DNA from: an uncultured Alphaproteobacteria bacterium
GTDB taxonomy: Bacteria; Pseudomonadota; Alphaproteobacteria; Rs-D84
DNA length: 64,000 bases
NCBI GenBank assembly: GCA_944389235.1
Contig: CALXLO010000003.1
Location: 1,223 to 65,222 of the forward strand
Direction of reading: 5' to 3'
The notes under the pieces were generated by a model, which saw only the letters and a program-made list of their open reading frames with translations, was not told the origin of the DNA and made no database searches. The position numbers and the translations under genes are program-made. Below are positions 9,128-19,207 of the stretch, one piece after another (within the stretch, counting starts at the first letter, position 1; each line of letters starts with the position of its first letter).

Positions 9128-9703
9128 TTAATCACGCCCAGTATCAATATGTCTGGCAATATTTCCGCGCACTATATCAGGTAAATCTATATTCATATTC
9201 AAATATTCTGCAAACTTGTATGCGCGTTCAAATTCAAAATATTCATCTGCATCAATTCCTAAATCGTACGGTATTTCTACAAAAGTACCGTCTTCATCTA
9301 TTGACTGGTCAAATGCTAAATCTAGTATAGAACCATCAAATTTATTTTCCATCCACACATGGTCAGACAAACCATATCGTGTACGATTATTTTTATAATG
9401 CTTTATCCGCCATACTTCATCACCGTTTGGCATACGAAATAAATGCGACCAAGTATAACTGGCGATACCACAAAAACCGGCGGCAAAACGACCACTGGAA
9501 ATGCGTTCAGATTCATACTTTTTTGCCAATACCGCATGCCGTAATTCTGGTATTAAAAACGCAGAACGAAACTTATAAACAACATCTGACATATTATACA
9601 AAGGCTTAAATTCCGGCGGAATTTTCATAGTACTGACCCGTGTCATCAAGCGACGGGTGGCATCATCAAACGCGGCAATATGTTCTTGTTTCGTGCGTGG
9701 CAT
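9128..9703 (-). CDS. Hypothetical protein, tandem paralog of 8597..9109
   Basis: 191 aa. Conserved core GFCGIASYTW...GDEVW...DHVWMENKFDGSILDLAFD...GTFVEIPYDLGID mirrors the upstream paralog. Confidence 0.45.
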   Translation of the reverse strand: MPRTKQEHIAAFDDATRRLMTRVSTMKIPPEFKPLYNMSDVVYKFRSAFLIPELRHAVLAKKYESERISSGRFAAGFCGIASYTWSHLFRMPNGDEVWRIKHYKNNRTRYGLSDHVWMENKFDGSILDLAFDQSIDEDGTFVEIPYDLGIDADEYFEFERAYKFAEYLNMNIDLPDIVRGNIARHIDTGRD

Positions 9704-9726
9704 TTTATCACCTCTGTACGATTAAA

Positions 9727-10854
9727 TTACAATTCTGTCAGTGGCCAACGCGGACGCGGTGCAACCGGTTTTTTAACAACATTACCAATAATATAATTTT
9801 CTAAACCCGCCCATGCAATCATTGCGCCATTGTCTGTACACAAATTCATTGGCGGTGCTGCAAAAACAACATTGTGTTTTGCAGCCAATAATTCCATTGC
9901 TGAACGCACAGCAGAATTTTTTGCAACCCCACCAGCAACAACCAATGTTTTTGGTGCGGCATGAACAACACGCATATCACGCATTGCATTTTCTAAACGG
10001 TTAATTATGCAATCAACAACAGCCGCCTGGAATGATGCACAAAAATCGTTTATAAATTCATCGGAATAGGGCGCACACGCACGCGACAAAAATGTACGCG
10101 CAGCTGTCTTTATTCCACTGAAAGAAAAATCACATCCTGGCTTATCACACAATGGGCGCGGAAAATGAAACGCCGTTGGATTTCCAGACGCTGCGCGTTT
10201 ATCAACCACAGGACCACCCGGGTACCCCAATCCTAACATTTTTGCAACTTTATCAAAAGCTTCGCCAGCACTGTCGTCCAAAGTTTGACCAATCAATTCA
10301 TATTTACCAACCCCACGCACCAGCAATATCTGACAATGCCCGCCAGATGCCAGCATCAATAAATATGGAAATTCTACATCTGTTGCGCCATCGGTTCCAT
10401 TTGCGGCGGCGGCGCGTAAACGCGGGACCAGTGCATGACCTTCTAGATGATTAACCGCGACCAATGGTTTACCAGTTGATTGCGCAATACCAACTGCCGC
10501 CATCCAACCGACCAACACACCACCAATTAAACCCGGCCCAGCCGTTGCAGCAATAACATCCAGGTCTGCAACCGTCTTGCCTGCGGATTCCAAAGTTTGA
10601 CGCACCACTGTATCAATTGCCAATATATGCGCACGCGCCGCCAGTTCTGGAACAACCCCGCCATATTTTTGATGTTCTGGGATTTGCGAATATATTATAT
10701 GCGACAAAATATTACGATGCGAATCAACAATCGCCGCACTGGTTTCATCACACGATGATTCTATCCCCAGACATAAAATTGGGCGTTCAGAACTGTTATC
10801 TGAATTAGCATCAGACCGCCCCATATCAACACGAATTATATTATCTGTATTCAT
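9727..10854 (-). CDS. tsaD: tRNA N6-adenosine threonylcarbamoyltransferase TsaD (Kae1/YgjD family), with a short N-terminal extension
   Basis: LCLGIESSCDETSAAIV, HLEGHA and SGGHCQIL motifs. The C-terminus is typical of TsaD. Confidence 0.85.
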   Translation of the reverse strand: MNTDNIIRVDMGRSDANSDNSSERPILCLGIESSCDETSAAIVDSHRNILSHIIYSQIPEHQKYGGVVPELAARAHILAIDTVVRQTLESAGKTVADLDVIAATAGPGLIGGVLVGWMAAVGIAQSTGKPLVAVNHLEGHALVPRLRAAAANGTDGATDVEFPYLLMLASGGHCQILLVRGVGKYELIGQTLDDSAGEAFDKVAKMLGLGYPGGPVVDKRAASGNPTAFHFPRPLCDKPGCDFSFSGIKTAARTFLSRACAPYSDEFINDFCASFQAAVVDCIINRLENAMRDMRVVHAAPKTLVVAGGVAKNSAVRSAMELLAAKHNVVFAAPPMNLCTDNGAMIAWAGLENYIIGNVVKKPVAPRPRWPLTEL

Positions 10855-11540
10855 TTTATTCTTACCAATACTATTCCTAAATTATTTTTATCTTTGGCGC
10901 GCATATCGGCATATTTATAAAAATCTGTATCCATTACACGCCCATGCGCGGACGACGCATGCCGTAATATTCCATCTGGTAACAAGAATCCCACATGCAC
11001 GACCGCCAAGTCCGTTCCTATTGTATCACTTTTTCCCGATTTTCCAGTAATAAATAACACTATCATTGGTTCAGATATACTGATATCAGAAACATATTTA
11101 TATGGTATATATTGCAAATTAATTATTTCTGGTTCAAATTCAGCATCAATACCATGAACTGTTTTTAACCAATTTTGTTTATCAATAATAACACGACGCA
11201 CCAAGGTTGGCGCATATTGCATGCTGACATTTTCAACTAAATCACTGTTATTCGTCAGCCAATCAGATTCTATGAAATGATTACGATGCAGAAAATCAAC
11301 CACACCATCGCGATACCGAATTTTAGTTAACTTTTCAACATCTGCATCTGCCAAAACCGTTTCAACGAATGTGACACAATCAAATGCGTCTGTGCGTATT
11401 AACGGGTCTGTATCCGGCGGCATATTTTCACCCAAAGGGTCCGCAATATATTGTATTCCGATATATTCTGCACCAATATCTTTCGCCGTTGCATTTACGC
11501 ATCCGCATAACAATAATAGAATTAGTGCAAAGCGTTTCAT
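10851..11540 (-). CDS. Secreted protein of unknown function (possibly amidase-like / DUF1460-like)
   Basis: Signal peptide MKRFALILLLLCGCVNATA. Contains the conserved-looking segment RTDAFDCVTFVETVLA. Confidence 0.45.
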   Translation of the reverse strand: MKRFALILLLLCGCVNATAKDIGAEYIGIQYIADPLGENMPPDTDPLIRTDAFDCVTFVETVLADADVEKLTKIRYRDGVVDFLHRNHFIESDWLTNNSDLVENVSMQYAPTLVRRVIIDKQNWLKTVHGIDAEFEPEIINLQYIPYKYVSDISISEPMIVLFITGKSGKSDTIGTDLAVVHVGFLLPDGILRHASSAHGRVMDTDFYKYADMRAKDKNNLGIVLVRIK

Positions 11541-11547
11541 ATTATTT

Positions 11548-11853
11548 TTAATTATTTGCCTTTAATTGCATGCCTGTATAACACAAAGACATTGCATCAC
11601 GCACCGCCATTTCGCCAGATTCTGGCAACGATGCAATTTTATCAACGCACTTTACCAGCAATTCCAAATTTTCATCAGACGCTGATAAAATCTGTGCAGC
11701 GGCCATACGATTATCTAAATCTGCACTGCGCCATTTTTTCAAATTTCCGTTTTCTAAATCGCTGGTTTGCATCAACAGCAAAAACACAACGACAGCCATT
11801 ATCAAAACTGCAATACCAATAATAAATTTCAAATATTTTTTTATCAATTTCAT
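11548..11853 (-). CDS. Small membrane protein (N-terminal TM helix)
   Basis: 101 aa. KFIIGIAVLIMAVVVFLLLM hydrophobic helix. Confidence 0.4.
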   Translation of the reverse strand: MKLIKKYLKFIIGIAVLIMAVVVFLLLMQTSDLENGNLKKWRSADLDNRMAAAQILSASDENLELLVKCVDKIASLPESGEMAVRDAMSLCYTGMQLKANN

Positions 11854-11886
11854 AAGACTAATCCCCCCAGTATAATACGAAATAAA

Positions 11887-12240
11887 TTATTCACATGTAA
11901 CCAGCCATACATCATAATCCGCATCTTGCAGCGGATTATCACCAGGCTCATTAGCACTCATCCAATTACTGAACAACAACCCTTCGCCTTGTTCTGATAT
12001 TTCAATAAAAGCGAAATAATCTTCGGCATCAAAAGGGTCTGTTTGCTTGCACGACCGAACAATTAAATTTAATTTTTCAAATTGAATATTCTGTCCCACA
12101 GGCATAGAAACTGTTTGAACTTTACCGGCGGCCTTGTTCATTATACGAACAATCGCAGTATCGCGATTGACATAGGCATCCGCCGACATTGAATATAATA
12201 AAAACAGGGGGGTCAAAAATAAAACTTTCAAAAATTTCAT
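11887..12240 (-). CDS. Small secreted protein, DUF2155-like
   Basis: Signal peptide MKFLKVLFLTPLFLLYSMSADA, start at 12240 with an AGGGGGG SD. Pattern A.VRIMNKAAGKV....G....F..L.I....C...DPFDAEDYFAFIEI matches the alphaproteobacterial DUF2155 layout. Confidence 0.45.
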   Translation of the reverse strand: MKFLKVLFLTPLFLLYSMSADAYVNRDTAIVRIMNKAAGKVQTVSMPVGQNIQFEKLNLIVRSCKQTDPFDAEDYFAFIEISEQGEGLLFSNWMSANEPGDNPLQDADYDVWLVTCE

Positions 12241-12269
12241 CTTGGCCCCCCTGAATATCAATTACCAAA

Positions 12270-12665
12270 TTATTTTGATTCTGTTTCTTTATCCGCAGAT
12301 GCTGCAGACAAATCTTCCACAATGCGTGCTTTCTTGCCAGACAAACCGCGCAAGAAGAACAATTTTGCACGACGCACTTTACCAGTACGCACCTTTTCGA
12401 TTTTTTCAATCGCTGGGCTGTACAACGGGAATTTGCGTTCCACACCGACACCATAAGATTCACGACGCACTGTAAATGACGCGTTATTTCCTGTGCCACC
12501 ATCACGCGCAATAACGACACCTTCAAAAACTTGGATACGGAATTTATCACCATCCTTGATTTTTACATGCACTTTGACAGTATCCCCAGCCTTGAACGCA
12601 GGAATCTTTTTGTCGCCGCGCAGTTTTTCGATTTGCGCCTGTTCAATTTTTTTAATAATGCTCAT
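12270..12665 (-). CDS. rplS: 50S ribosomal protein L19
   Basis: [53 protein letters not shown]... Classic L19. Confidence 0.9.
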   Translation of the reverse strand: MSIIKKIEQAQIEKLRGDKKIPAFKAGDTVKVHVKIKDGDKFRIQVFEGVVIARDGGTGNNASFTVRRESYGVGVERKFPLYSPAIEKIEKVRTGKVRRAKLFFLRGLSGKKARIVEDLSAASADKETESK

Positions 12666-13348
12666 TTTTTATTTTCCTTTATTAAGTCCGGACGGCGTTT
12701 TTTTGTTATTTCGTCCGATTGTTGTTTCCGCCACCGTTCAATATTGCCGTGGTGGCCAGACAGCAGGACTTCTGGGACATTGTGTCCACGCCATGCCGAC
12801 GGGCGGGTATATAACGGCCATTCCAGCCCCCCGATTTCAAAACTTTCATTGGCAGTGGCATCTGCACCACCGCCCAGCACATTATCCATCACGCGAACGA
12901 TACTGTCAATAAAAACTTGCGCGGCAATTTCACCGCCCGACAGTATATAATCGCCAATAGATAATTCCATTATATCATATACTTCTATGATTCGTTGGTC
13001 AATTCCTTCGTACCGACCACACAGCAGAGTATAATTGGCATCTGGGTCATTGGCAAATTCACGAACCATTGTCTGATTTAACCGTGGTCCACGCGGTGAA
13101 AAATATATAATTTTTCCGCGATTTTTAATTGAATCAATCGCATCACCCAAGACATCAGGGCGCATAACTTGCCCCACGCCACCGCCGAATTGTTCATCGT
13201 CAACACTGCCGTATTTATCATGTGCAAAGTCGCGAATATTTATTGCATCATACGACCATGTTCCGTTATTCAACGCACGCCCAACCACCCCGCCACCCAG
13301 TGTACCAGGGAACATTTCTGGAAAAATGGTCAGTATATTAAAGTGCAT
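12662..13348 (-). CDS. trmD: tRNA (guanine37-N1)-methyltransferase TrmD (start taken at [13 protein letters not shown])
   Basis: [26 protein letters not shown]-like core ([11 protein letters not shown]), and a SPOUT knot region. Its 4-nt overlap with rplS is typical operon coupling. Confidence 0.85.
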   Translation of the reverse strand: MHFNILTIFPEMFPGTLGGGVVGRALNNGTWSYDAINIRDFAHDKYGSVDDEQFGGGVGQVMRPDVLGDAIDSIKNRGKIIYFSPRGPRLNQTMVREFANDPDANYTLLCGRYEGIDQRIIEVYDIMELSIGDYILSGGEIAAQVFIDSIVRVMDNVLGGGADATANESFEIGGLEWPLYTRPSAWRGHNVPEVLLSGHHGNIERWRKQQSDEITKKRRPDLIKENKK

Positions 13349-13349
13349 T

Positions 13350-13619
13350 TTAACGCTGTCTGTGTTTGCAATTTTCACATAAATGGTTTGCAATATTTTT
13401 TACAGATTCTGTAATTTTACCAGTTGCCATTGGAACAATACGAATAACACGAATCTTGCACGGTTCTTGGTGCACAACAAAGTGTTCCATTTTGCACACA
13501 TCAACAAATTTTATTACCGGACATTTATTTGTTTCGCCACCACATGTTGCATTTATCGCATTACGCCCATATTCATCAAATCTGAAAAATACTTGCATAG
13601 TTGATTTTTTATCTGACAT
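13350..13619 (-). CDS. Small Cys-rich hypothetical protein (possible zinc ribbon) inserted between rimM and trmD
   Basis: 89 aa with six Cys: CGGETNKC, C42, C54 and CENCKH. Tightly coupled to the flanking genes. Confidence 0.35.
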   Translation of the reverse strand: MSDKKSTMQVFFRFDEYGRNAINATCGGETNKCPVIKFVDVCKMEHFVVHQEPCKIRVIRIVPMATGKITESVKNIANHLCENCKHRQR

Positions 13620-13986
13620 TTTGTTTCCTTTTTGCTAAATCTGCCATAATCATCTGGCGTTCCTGTTCTGGAATACCAATTTGCTTAACAGGGTCATATC
13701 CATACAACATCAATGCAATTTCACCATTCAAACAAATGCGTCTTCCATCGCATTGTACAGGTCGCCCCATCAATGGGGCAGCATGCGGGCACATCATAAA
13801 TTTAGGAATAATCCGACGACCATATTTATCCACATCATAATCCATAAATTGTGAACACACAAAAACACACGACGCATACCGTCTGCCGTCCTTGGAAACG
13901 ACCGGCGATTTCGGCACATACGCATATATAAATCTTTCGGATTCCAATATAAAAGTTCTGGGCAAACCCTGCATTTTGTTTTTCAT
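13609..13986 (-). CDS. Hypothetical protein (125 aa) translationally coupled to rimM
   Basis: Its start overlaps the rimM stop (ATGA-type junction at 13986-13989). Cys pairs at CVFVC and CPH...C...C. Confidence 0.4.
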   Translation of the reverse strand: MKNKMQGLPRTFILESERFIYAYVPKSPVVSKDGRRYASCVFVCSQFMDYDVDKYGRRIIPKFMMCPHAAPLMGRPVQCDGRRICLNGEIALMLYGYDPVKQIGIPEQERQMIMADLAKRKQNVR

Positions 13987-13988
13987 GT

Positions 13989-14456
13989 TCAGTCCCGAAT
14001 GTAAATCGTTTTATTTTCTAAATCCACATCAACACGGTTAAAGGCAATCAAATCGCCATTATCCAGTTCCAATATGTCCCCACCGCCATAGTTCTGGATA
14101 TTATCCACCACACCAACAGGCACCCCATCACGAACAACACGCGCACCAATCAAGTCAGTATGATAATATTCGCCATCAGGCAGGGCAGGTAAATCATCGC
14201 GATTAATAAACAAATCTGTACCACGCAGTAATTCTGCGGCATTGCGGTCATTTATCCCATCGATTCGCGCAACAACAACATTTGTTGACGGCACCACACG
14301 CACGAAATGAAACGCACCATCAGCAAACCGCGCAGACGAAATTTGTAAATCACGCATATCGCCCGGTGTTGCAGTGTATGTATTAACGCGCACTTCACCG
14401 CGTATTCCTTGGGGTGCGACAATTTTACCGACCAAGATTTTTTTATTATCTGCCAT
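13989..14456 (-). CDS. rimM: 16S rRNA processing protein RimM
   Basis: MADNKKILVGKIVAPQGIRGEVRV (RimM N-terminal domain), plus a PRC-barrel-like C-terminus. Confidence 0.85.
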   Translation of the reverse strand: MADNKKILVGKIVAPQGIRGEVRVNTYTATPGDMRDLQISSARFADGAFHFVRVVPSTNVVVARIDGINDRNAAELLRGTDLFINRDDLPALPDGEYYHTDLIGARVVRDGVPVGVVDNIQNYGGGDILELDNGDLIAFNRVDVDLENKTIYIRD

Positions 14457-14528
14457 TTGAACGATTCTTGTACTGTTGTAAATTATGCGTCAAATGTTCC
14501 ATATATCGCGCATATTTTTTGACACTTG

Positions 14529-14714
14529 TTATCTCTGATGCTGTTTTAATTTATTCAAGCGAATACAATATTCAGGCATTGCCGGACAATCAACATGTTC
14601 GTATGCAGAATATTTATAATTATGATGGGCAGCATAATCTATTTGACGGGCAGATTCTGCGGCACGCGAAATATAATCGCATTCAATATTTTTATTAATT
14701 GGACATTTTGGCAT
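14529..14714 (-). CDS. Small Cys-containing hypothetical protein (61 aa) between rpsP and rimM
   Basis: MPKCPINKNIECDY...VDCPAMPEYC. Four Cys arranged as two pairs. Confidence 0.3.
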   Translation of the reverse strand: MPKCPINKNIECDYISRAAESARQIDYAAHHNYKYSAYEHVDCPAMPEYCIRLNKLKQHQR

Positions 14715-14784
14715 TTTAACAAAATCCTTTAATTAACTGAAATTTTTGCCCGGGGCATACCCGGGCAAAACAAGTTAAGCAAAA

Positions 14785-15267
14785 TTATTCCGCCACCGGT
14801 GCAGATTCTTCTGCAACAGGTTCCGCGGCGGGTGCTTCGGCTGCATCTGGTGCGTTTTCTTCGGCGGGCGCTTCGGCTGCGGCCTTGGCTGCTGCTTCTG
14901 CGGCGGCTTGTTCTTCGGCTATTTTTGCCAATTTTTCTTGTTTATCTTTGATTTTCTGCAAAGTTTTTTCAGATTGCAGATTCTTTTTGGTCTGGTTCGG
15001 CACAACACGCGCCGCGACTAATCCGGCATTTGCCAAGAAACGATATACGCGGTCAGATGGTTTTGCACCCTTGGCCAACCAAGATTTAACTTCATCAATT
15101 TTTAATATAACGCGTTTTTCACTGTCGCGCGGCTGCATCGGGTCATATTTCCCAACGGTTGCCAAAATATTGCCAGAATTACGCGCATTGCGTGAATCTG
15201 TTACAACGACATGGTAATACGGACGCTTTTTTGCACCGAAACGCGCCAATCTGATAACAGTTGCCAT
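14785..15267 (-). CDS. rpsP: 30S ribosomal protein S16 with an Ala/Glu/Pro-rich C-terminal extension
   Basis: MATVIRLARFGAKKRPYYHVVVTDSRNARNSG... Tail is EQAAAEAAAKAAAEAPAEENAP... Confidence 0.9.
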   Translation of the reverse strand: MATVIRLARFGAKKRPYYHVVVTDSRNARNSGNILATVGKYDPMQPRDSEKRVILKIDEVKSWLAKGAKPSDRVYRFLANAGLVAARVVPNQTKKNLQSEKTLQKIKDKQEKLAKIAEEQAAAEAAAKAAAEAPAEENAPDAAEAPAAEPVAEESAPVAE

Positions 15268-15507
15268 AATTTTGCTCCTTGCTTAAAAATTAACTGTTTA
15301 TCCCATACAGACAACCACCCATCAAGGACGAACACTCGTCGGATGATGTACCATGCGCACCGCGCACTGGATTTACTGTAATGGCAATCTTTGGGATTTG
15401 CGTCAGAAATTATTACCTATAAAATAAAAAAAGTCAACATTTTATAAACATTTATGTTATAATACACTGTGCAAAGCGATTTTTAACAAACAACAAAGGG
15501 GAACGAA

Positions 15508-15927
15508 ATGAAAAAACTATCATTATTTGCATTAACCGCAGCAGTACTGGCGGCATGCGACACCACACCGACTGGGACAACACCGGCCGACTTTGATGCC
15601 ATAGAAACAGAAATTCAAAATGTTACAATATCGTCTGGGCAATTAACCATGCTGTCATTGGGTCCCCAGGGCGATTACATCATTCCTTTACCGGCAACAG
15701 ATGCTTTGTTAAAGATTGCCAGCAATGCTAAAAATGTTGCGTTCTTGTCTGTATCCGATGCTGCAAAATACGCTGCGGATGATATATGCTTGTTAAACAT
15801 TATCCCAGATAACACAATGCAAATGATGGGCACACCAGAAAACAAGTGTAATTTCCGTTTATTCTGTGGCACCGCAGATGATATAAACAACAATCAACTG
15901 TATGCGGTCGAGGTATGTTCAGAATAA
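15508..15927 (+). CDS. Lipoprotein of unknown function
   Basis: MKKLSLFALTAAVLAAC lipobox. AGGGGAA SD. TATAAT at 15458-15463. Confidence 0.55.
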   Translation: MKKLSLFALTAAVLAACDTTPTGTTPADFDAIETEIQNVTISSGQLTMLSLGPQGDYIIPLPATDALLKIASNAKNVAFLSVSDAAKYAADDICLLNIIPDNTMQMMGTPENKCNFRLFCGTADDINNNQLYAVEVCSE

Positions 15928-15944
15928 CAATTCATAACTGACCT

Positions 15945-15976
15945 AAAAAAAAATCCCCGATATCGGGGATTTTTTA
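15945..15976. terminator. Bidirectional rho-independent terminator (lipoprotein gene on + and gdhA on -)
   Basis: AAAAAAAA, then ATCCCCGATATCGGGGAT, then TTTTT. Confidence 0.6.
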
Positions 15977-15991
15977 TACATATATTTTTAA

Positions 15992-17245
15992 TCAATACCA
16001 ACCGCGCAACTTCATTGCTGCTGCGACGCGTTTGATAGAGTGCATATATGCCGCTTCGCGCATTGATACATTATATTCTTCTTTGATTTTATAAATTGCA
16101 TCAAATGCATTTTTCATGGCGATTTCTTCTTTTTCTTCTACTTCTTTTTCGCCCCAGTAATAACCATAGCGATTCTGGACCCATTCAAAGTAAGAAACTG
16201 TAACGCCACCGGCATTTGCCAAAATATCTGGTACGACTGTAACACCGTTTTTCAACAATATTTCTTCGCCATCCAGTGTTGTTGGACCATTTGCGCCTTC
16301 GACAACCAGTTTTGTTTTGATTAATGGTGCAGTATCTTTGTTAATTGTGTTTTCCATTGCGCATGGTGATAACACATCAACATCCAGCCCCCAAAATTCT
16401 TCTGCTGAAATTTCGGTTGCATCTGGGAATCCTTTGATGCTGCCTTGGTTGTCAGCCTTGAATTTCATCAACGCGTCGATATCCAATCCGTTTTCGTTAT
16501 ACAATGTTGTATTCCATTCAGCAATTGCAATGATTTTTGCACCCATATCATGACTGCATTTTGCAGTAAAACTGCCAACATTGCCAAAGCCCTGAATTGC
16601 GATACGCGCGCCGCGCATTTCTTTGCCTTGTTTGTTCAATGCCTGGGCAATAATTATAGATATGCCCAATCCTGTTGCAGCGTTGCGCCCCAGCGACCCC
16701 ATTAATTCCACAGGTTTACCAGTAAATGTACCAAACGAAGATTCACCAGATAACTTGATATATTCATCAATCATCCACGCCATAATTTGCCCATTGGTAT
16801 TAACATCTGGCGCTGGGACATCACGCTTTTCACCCAAAATCGGATAAATGGCATCAACATACCCACGGCACAACCGTTCCAGTTCGCCAGTTGACAGTTC
16901 TTTTGGATCAACAATAATTCCGCCTTTGCCACCGCCATACGGGATACCAGTTACAGAACACTTAAATGTCATCCATATTGACAAAGCGGCAACTTCATCG
17001 CGACTGACATTTGGGTGAAAGCGCACGCCGCCCTTGGACGGACCAACCGCTGTGTTATGTTGGGCGCGGAATCCAGTAAATACACGAATTGAACCATCGT
17101 CCATTTTAACAGGTATAGAAACTTCTATCATACGCTGTGGATTTTTCAGAATTTCATAAACTTCCGCCGGCATACCCAATTTTTCACATGCGACACGCAC
17201 GCGTTGCTGGGCACCGATTAACGGATTCATATTTTCATTTGCCAT
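15992..17245 (-). CDS. gdhA: Glutamate dehydrogenase (Glu/Leu/Phe/Val dehydrogenase family)
   Basis: KGGVRFHPNVSRDEVAALSIWMTFKCSVTGIPYGGGKGGI plus a Rossmann GFGNVG motif. Confidence 0.9.
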   Translation of the reverse strand: MANENMNPLIGAQQRVRVACEKLGMPAEVYEILKNPQRMIEVSIPVKMDDGSIRVFTGFRAQHNTAVGPSKGGVRFHPNVSRDEVAALSIWMTFKCSVTGIPYGGGKGGIIVDPKELSTGELERLCRGYVDAIYPILGEKRDVPAPDVNTNGQIMAWMIDEYIKLSGESSFGTFTGKPVELMGSLGRNAATGLGISIIIAQALNKQGKEMRGARIAIQGFGNVGSFTAKCSHDMGAKIIAIAEWNTTLYNENGLDIDALMKFKADNQGSIKGFPDATEISAEEFWGLDVDVLSPCAMENTINKDTAPLIKTKLVVEGANGPTTLDGEEILLKNGVTVVPDILANAGGVTVSYFEWVQNRYGYYWGEKEVEEKEEIAMKNAFDAIYKIKEEYNVSMREAAYMHSIKRVAAAMKLRGWY

Positions 17246-17327
17246 AATTAATCCCCCTTTATTGGTCTATATATACAGCAATAAGAAATCCTAGGACCAT
17301 AGTATAAAAAAATCAATAACAAAATCA

Positions 17328-18542
17328 TTACCGACGGTTTACCGCACGCAAAACTGGATTCAGCATCACAACCAATACAAATGCCAACGCAAAGAACAAA
17401 ACAATTGTTGGAACGACACCGAAATTATCCAGTATTGGCTTTAACAAAATCATTATTACGCCAGACACCCCACTGTTTATCATAGAACCAATTGAAATAA
17501 CTGTGCCGCGTTCATGCGATTTTGTGCGTTCATGAATAAAACCATTAAACACTAATTTTACCAAAGCCTGGGCAGCCGGCACAATTGTCATAATAACACA
17601 CAACACATAAACGATTGGCATATTACCTGTGGCCCAAATTGCGCCCAACGCCGCCCCAAAACCAACGAAAATCAATATGACCGACAACCACAGTGTTTTA
17701 TTATTGCCCAACCGTTCAATTGATTTATACGCAAATTTATAAAACAACATACGCGACACATTGTTTATTCCGACAATCACACCAAACAACGCCACCGGCA
17801 CCAACGCCGCAACCATAACAGGCTGCATCAACCACAGCAAAATTATAGTAAATGTTCCATACAATGCCGAATACAGCATCAGTTTTGGCAGCTCTGGATG
17901 CTTGGCGGTCATACTAACAATTTTCAAGCAATCCCGCAGTGGACTGGATTCTGGGGCAACCTTGCGTTTTACTTCTGTTATTTCTGGGATAAAGAACAGT
18001 ATTAAAAACATAATCAATGCCGCCATGGCATTTACTGTCAAAACCAAATTTTGACTGATTGCGAATAACGCGCCACCAACCAAAGTTCCAACCATTGTCC
18101 CAGCTGTGCCAATCGTATTAACTGAACCATTTTCGCGCAAGTAAGTCTTTTCTGCACCATCGCGTTTCAGCAAATCATATATGTATGCTTCTTTGGTTCC
18201 GCTGAACAGTGCGCTTGCCACGCCCAATCCAGATTCGCACAACAGCACCGCCCAAAAACCAGTTCCAAATAATAATATTGAAAAAGACAAAAACGACGCA
18301 AGCGCACCTAAAATCAATATTTTCCGCCGCGAAAAAACATCTGCCAAATACCCGCTGGGGATTTCAAACAAAAACGCAACAATGCGAAATATTCCCTGAA
18401 TCATAAAAAAATCGCCCAGTCCGACCCCTTTGTTTTGATAAATCAAAACGATAACAGGCAATATTGGCATAAACAGATGGAAAAATTCGGCCACTTTCAA
18501 AATCCATAATGCTGTTTTCGTTTCACGCGACAACATAGACAT
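17328..18542 (-). CDS. MFS transporter
   Basis: 404 aa with about 12 predicted TM helices. Has the MFS-like signature GYLADVFSRRKILILG. Confidence 0.7.
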   Translation of the reverse strand: MSMLSRETKTALWILKVAEFFHLFMPILPVIVLIYQNKGVGLGDFFMIQGIFRIVAFLFEIPSGYLADVFSRRKILILGALASFLSFSILLFGTGFWAVLLCESGLGVASALFSGTKEAYIYDLLKRDGAEKTYLRENGSVNTIGTAGTMVGTLVGGALFAISQNLVLTVNAMAALIMFLILFFIPEITEVKRKVAPESSPLRDCLKIVSMTAKHPELPKLMLYSALYGTFTIILLWLMQPVMVAALVPVALFGVIVGINNVSRMLFYKFAYKSIERLGNNKTLWLSVILIFVGFGAALGAIWATGNMPIVYVLCVIMTIVPAAQALVKLVFNGFIHERTKSHERGTVISIGSMINSGVSGVIMILLKPILDNFGVVPTIVLFFALAFVLVVMLNPVLRAVNRR

Positions 18543-18564
18543 CTTGTGGCCTTTTTATTTTTAT

Positions 18565-18638
18565 TGGTGCGGGCGAAGGGAATCGAACCCTCGTCTTCAG
18601 CTTGGGAAGCTGACGTGCTGCCATTATACCACGCCCGC
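18565..18638 (-). tRNA. tRNA-Gly (anticodon CCC)
   Basis: The reverse complement folds as a cloverleaf: acceptor GCGGGCG/CGCCCGC, U8, A14, GG in the D-loop, anticodon stem TCAGC/GCTGA with loop TTCCCAA, T-loop TTCGATT, discriminator A, CCA. Confidence 0.8.
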
Positions 18639-18697
18639 GCGTTGCGTGATTTTATAACACGCGCAAAAAAATGTCCAGTTTTTATTTATTGTGATGT

Positions 18698-19201
18698 TTA
18701 TTTTTTGAATTTTGGAAACAATAACGGTGTTCTTTTTTTATATTCGACATATTCGTCTTTGAAATCATTATACAATCTGGGTTCTTCATATTTTTTTACA
18801 TGCCATACCATATACAATATAAACACAATTGGAACAACCAACGCAGAATATGAATTAAACAAGAATGCTAATCCTATATAAAACACAAATGTACCAAATA
18901 ACATTGGATTCCGCGTGTATTTATATGGACCTTGTACCAGCAGTTTTTTAGTGCGTTCACCTAATGCGACATTAAATCCATCTGTTGGGCATCCGCGACC
19001 AATTTTTACCATGTCTATATTTGACCAAATCATAAAGAACGCGCCTATTAAGGCTAATATCCCGCCAATCACACCGACAACCAGTGAATCCACCGGCAAA
19101 ACAAAATTAACAGCAACAATATACATCAATGCCGGCACCAGCACCAAAAACATCGAAATACCGACAACATATCCAAAAATATTTTTCATAGCAATCACCA
19201 T
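18698..19201 (-). CDS. Membrane methyltransferase of the ICMT/PEMT family
   Basis: Multi-TM protein with a C-terminal GPYKYTRNPMLFG...EEPRLYNDFKDEYVEYKKRTP motif block typical of isoprenylcysteine carboxyl / phospholipid methyltransferases. Confidence 0.6.
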   Translation of the reverse strand: MVIAMKNIFGYVVGISMFLVLVPALMYIVAVNFVLPVDSLVVGVIGGILALIGAFFMIWSNIDMVKIGRGCPTDGFNVALGERTKKLLVQGPYKYTRNPMLFGTFVFYIGLAFLFNSYSALVVPIVFILYMVWHVKKYEEPRLYNDFKDEYVEYKKRTPLLFPKFKK

Positions 19202-19207
19202 AATTGG

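Noticed and set aside
18546-18881. 111-aa plus-strand ORF
   Set aside because: It overlaps tRNA-Gly on the opposite strand and the 3' end of the methyltransferase gene. It has no coding features.
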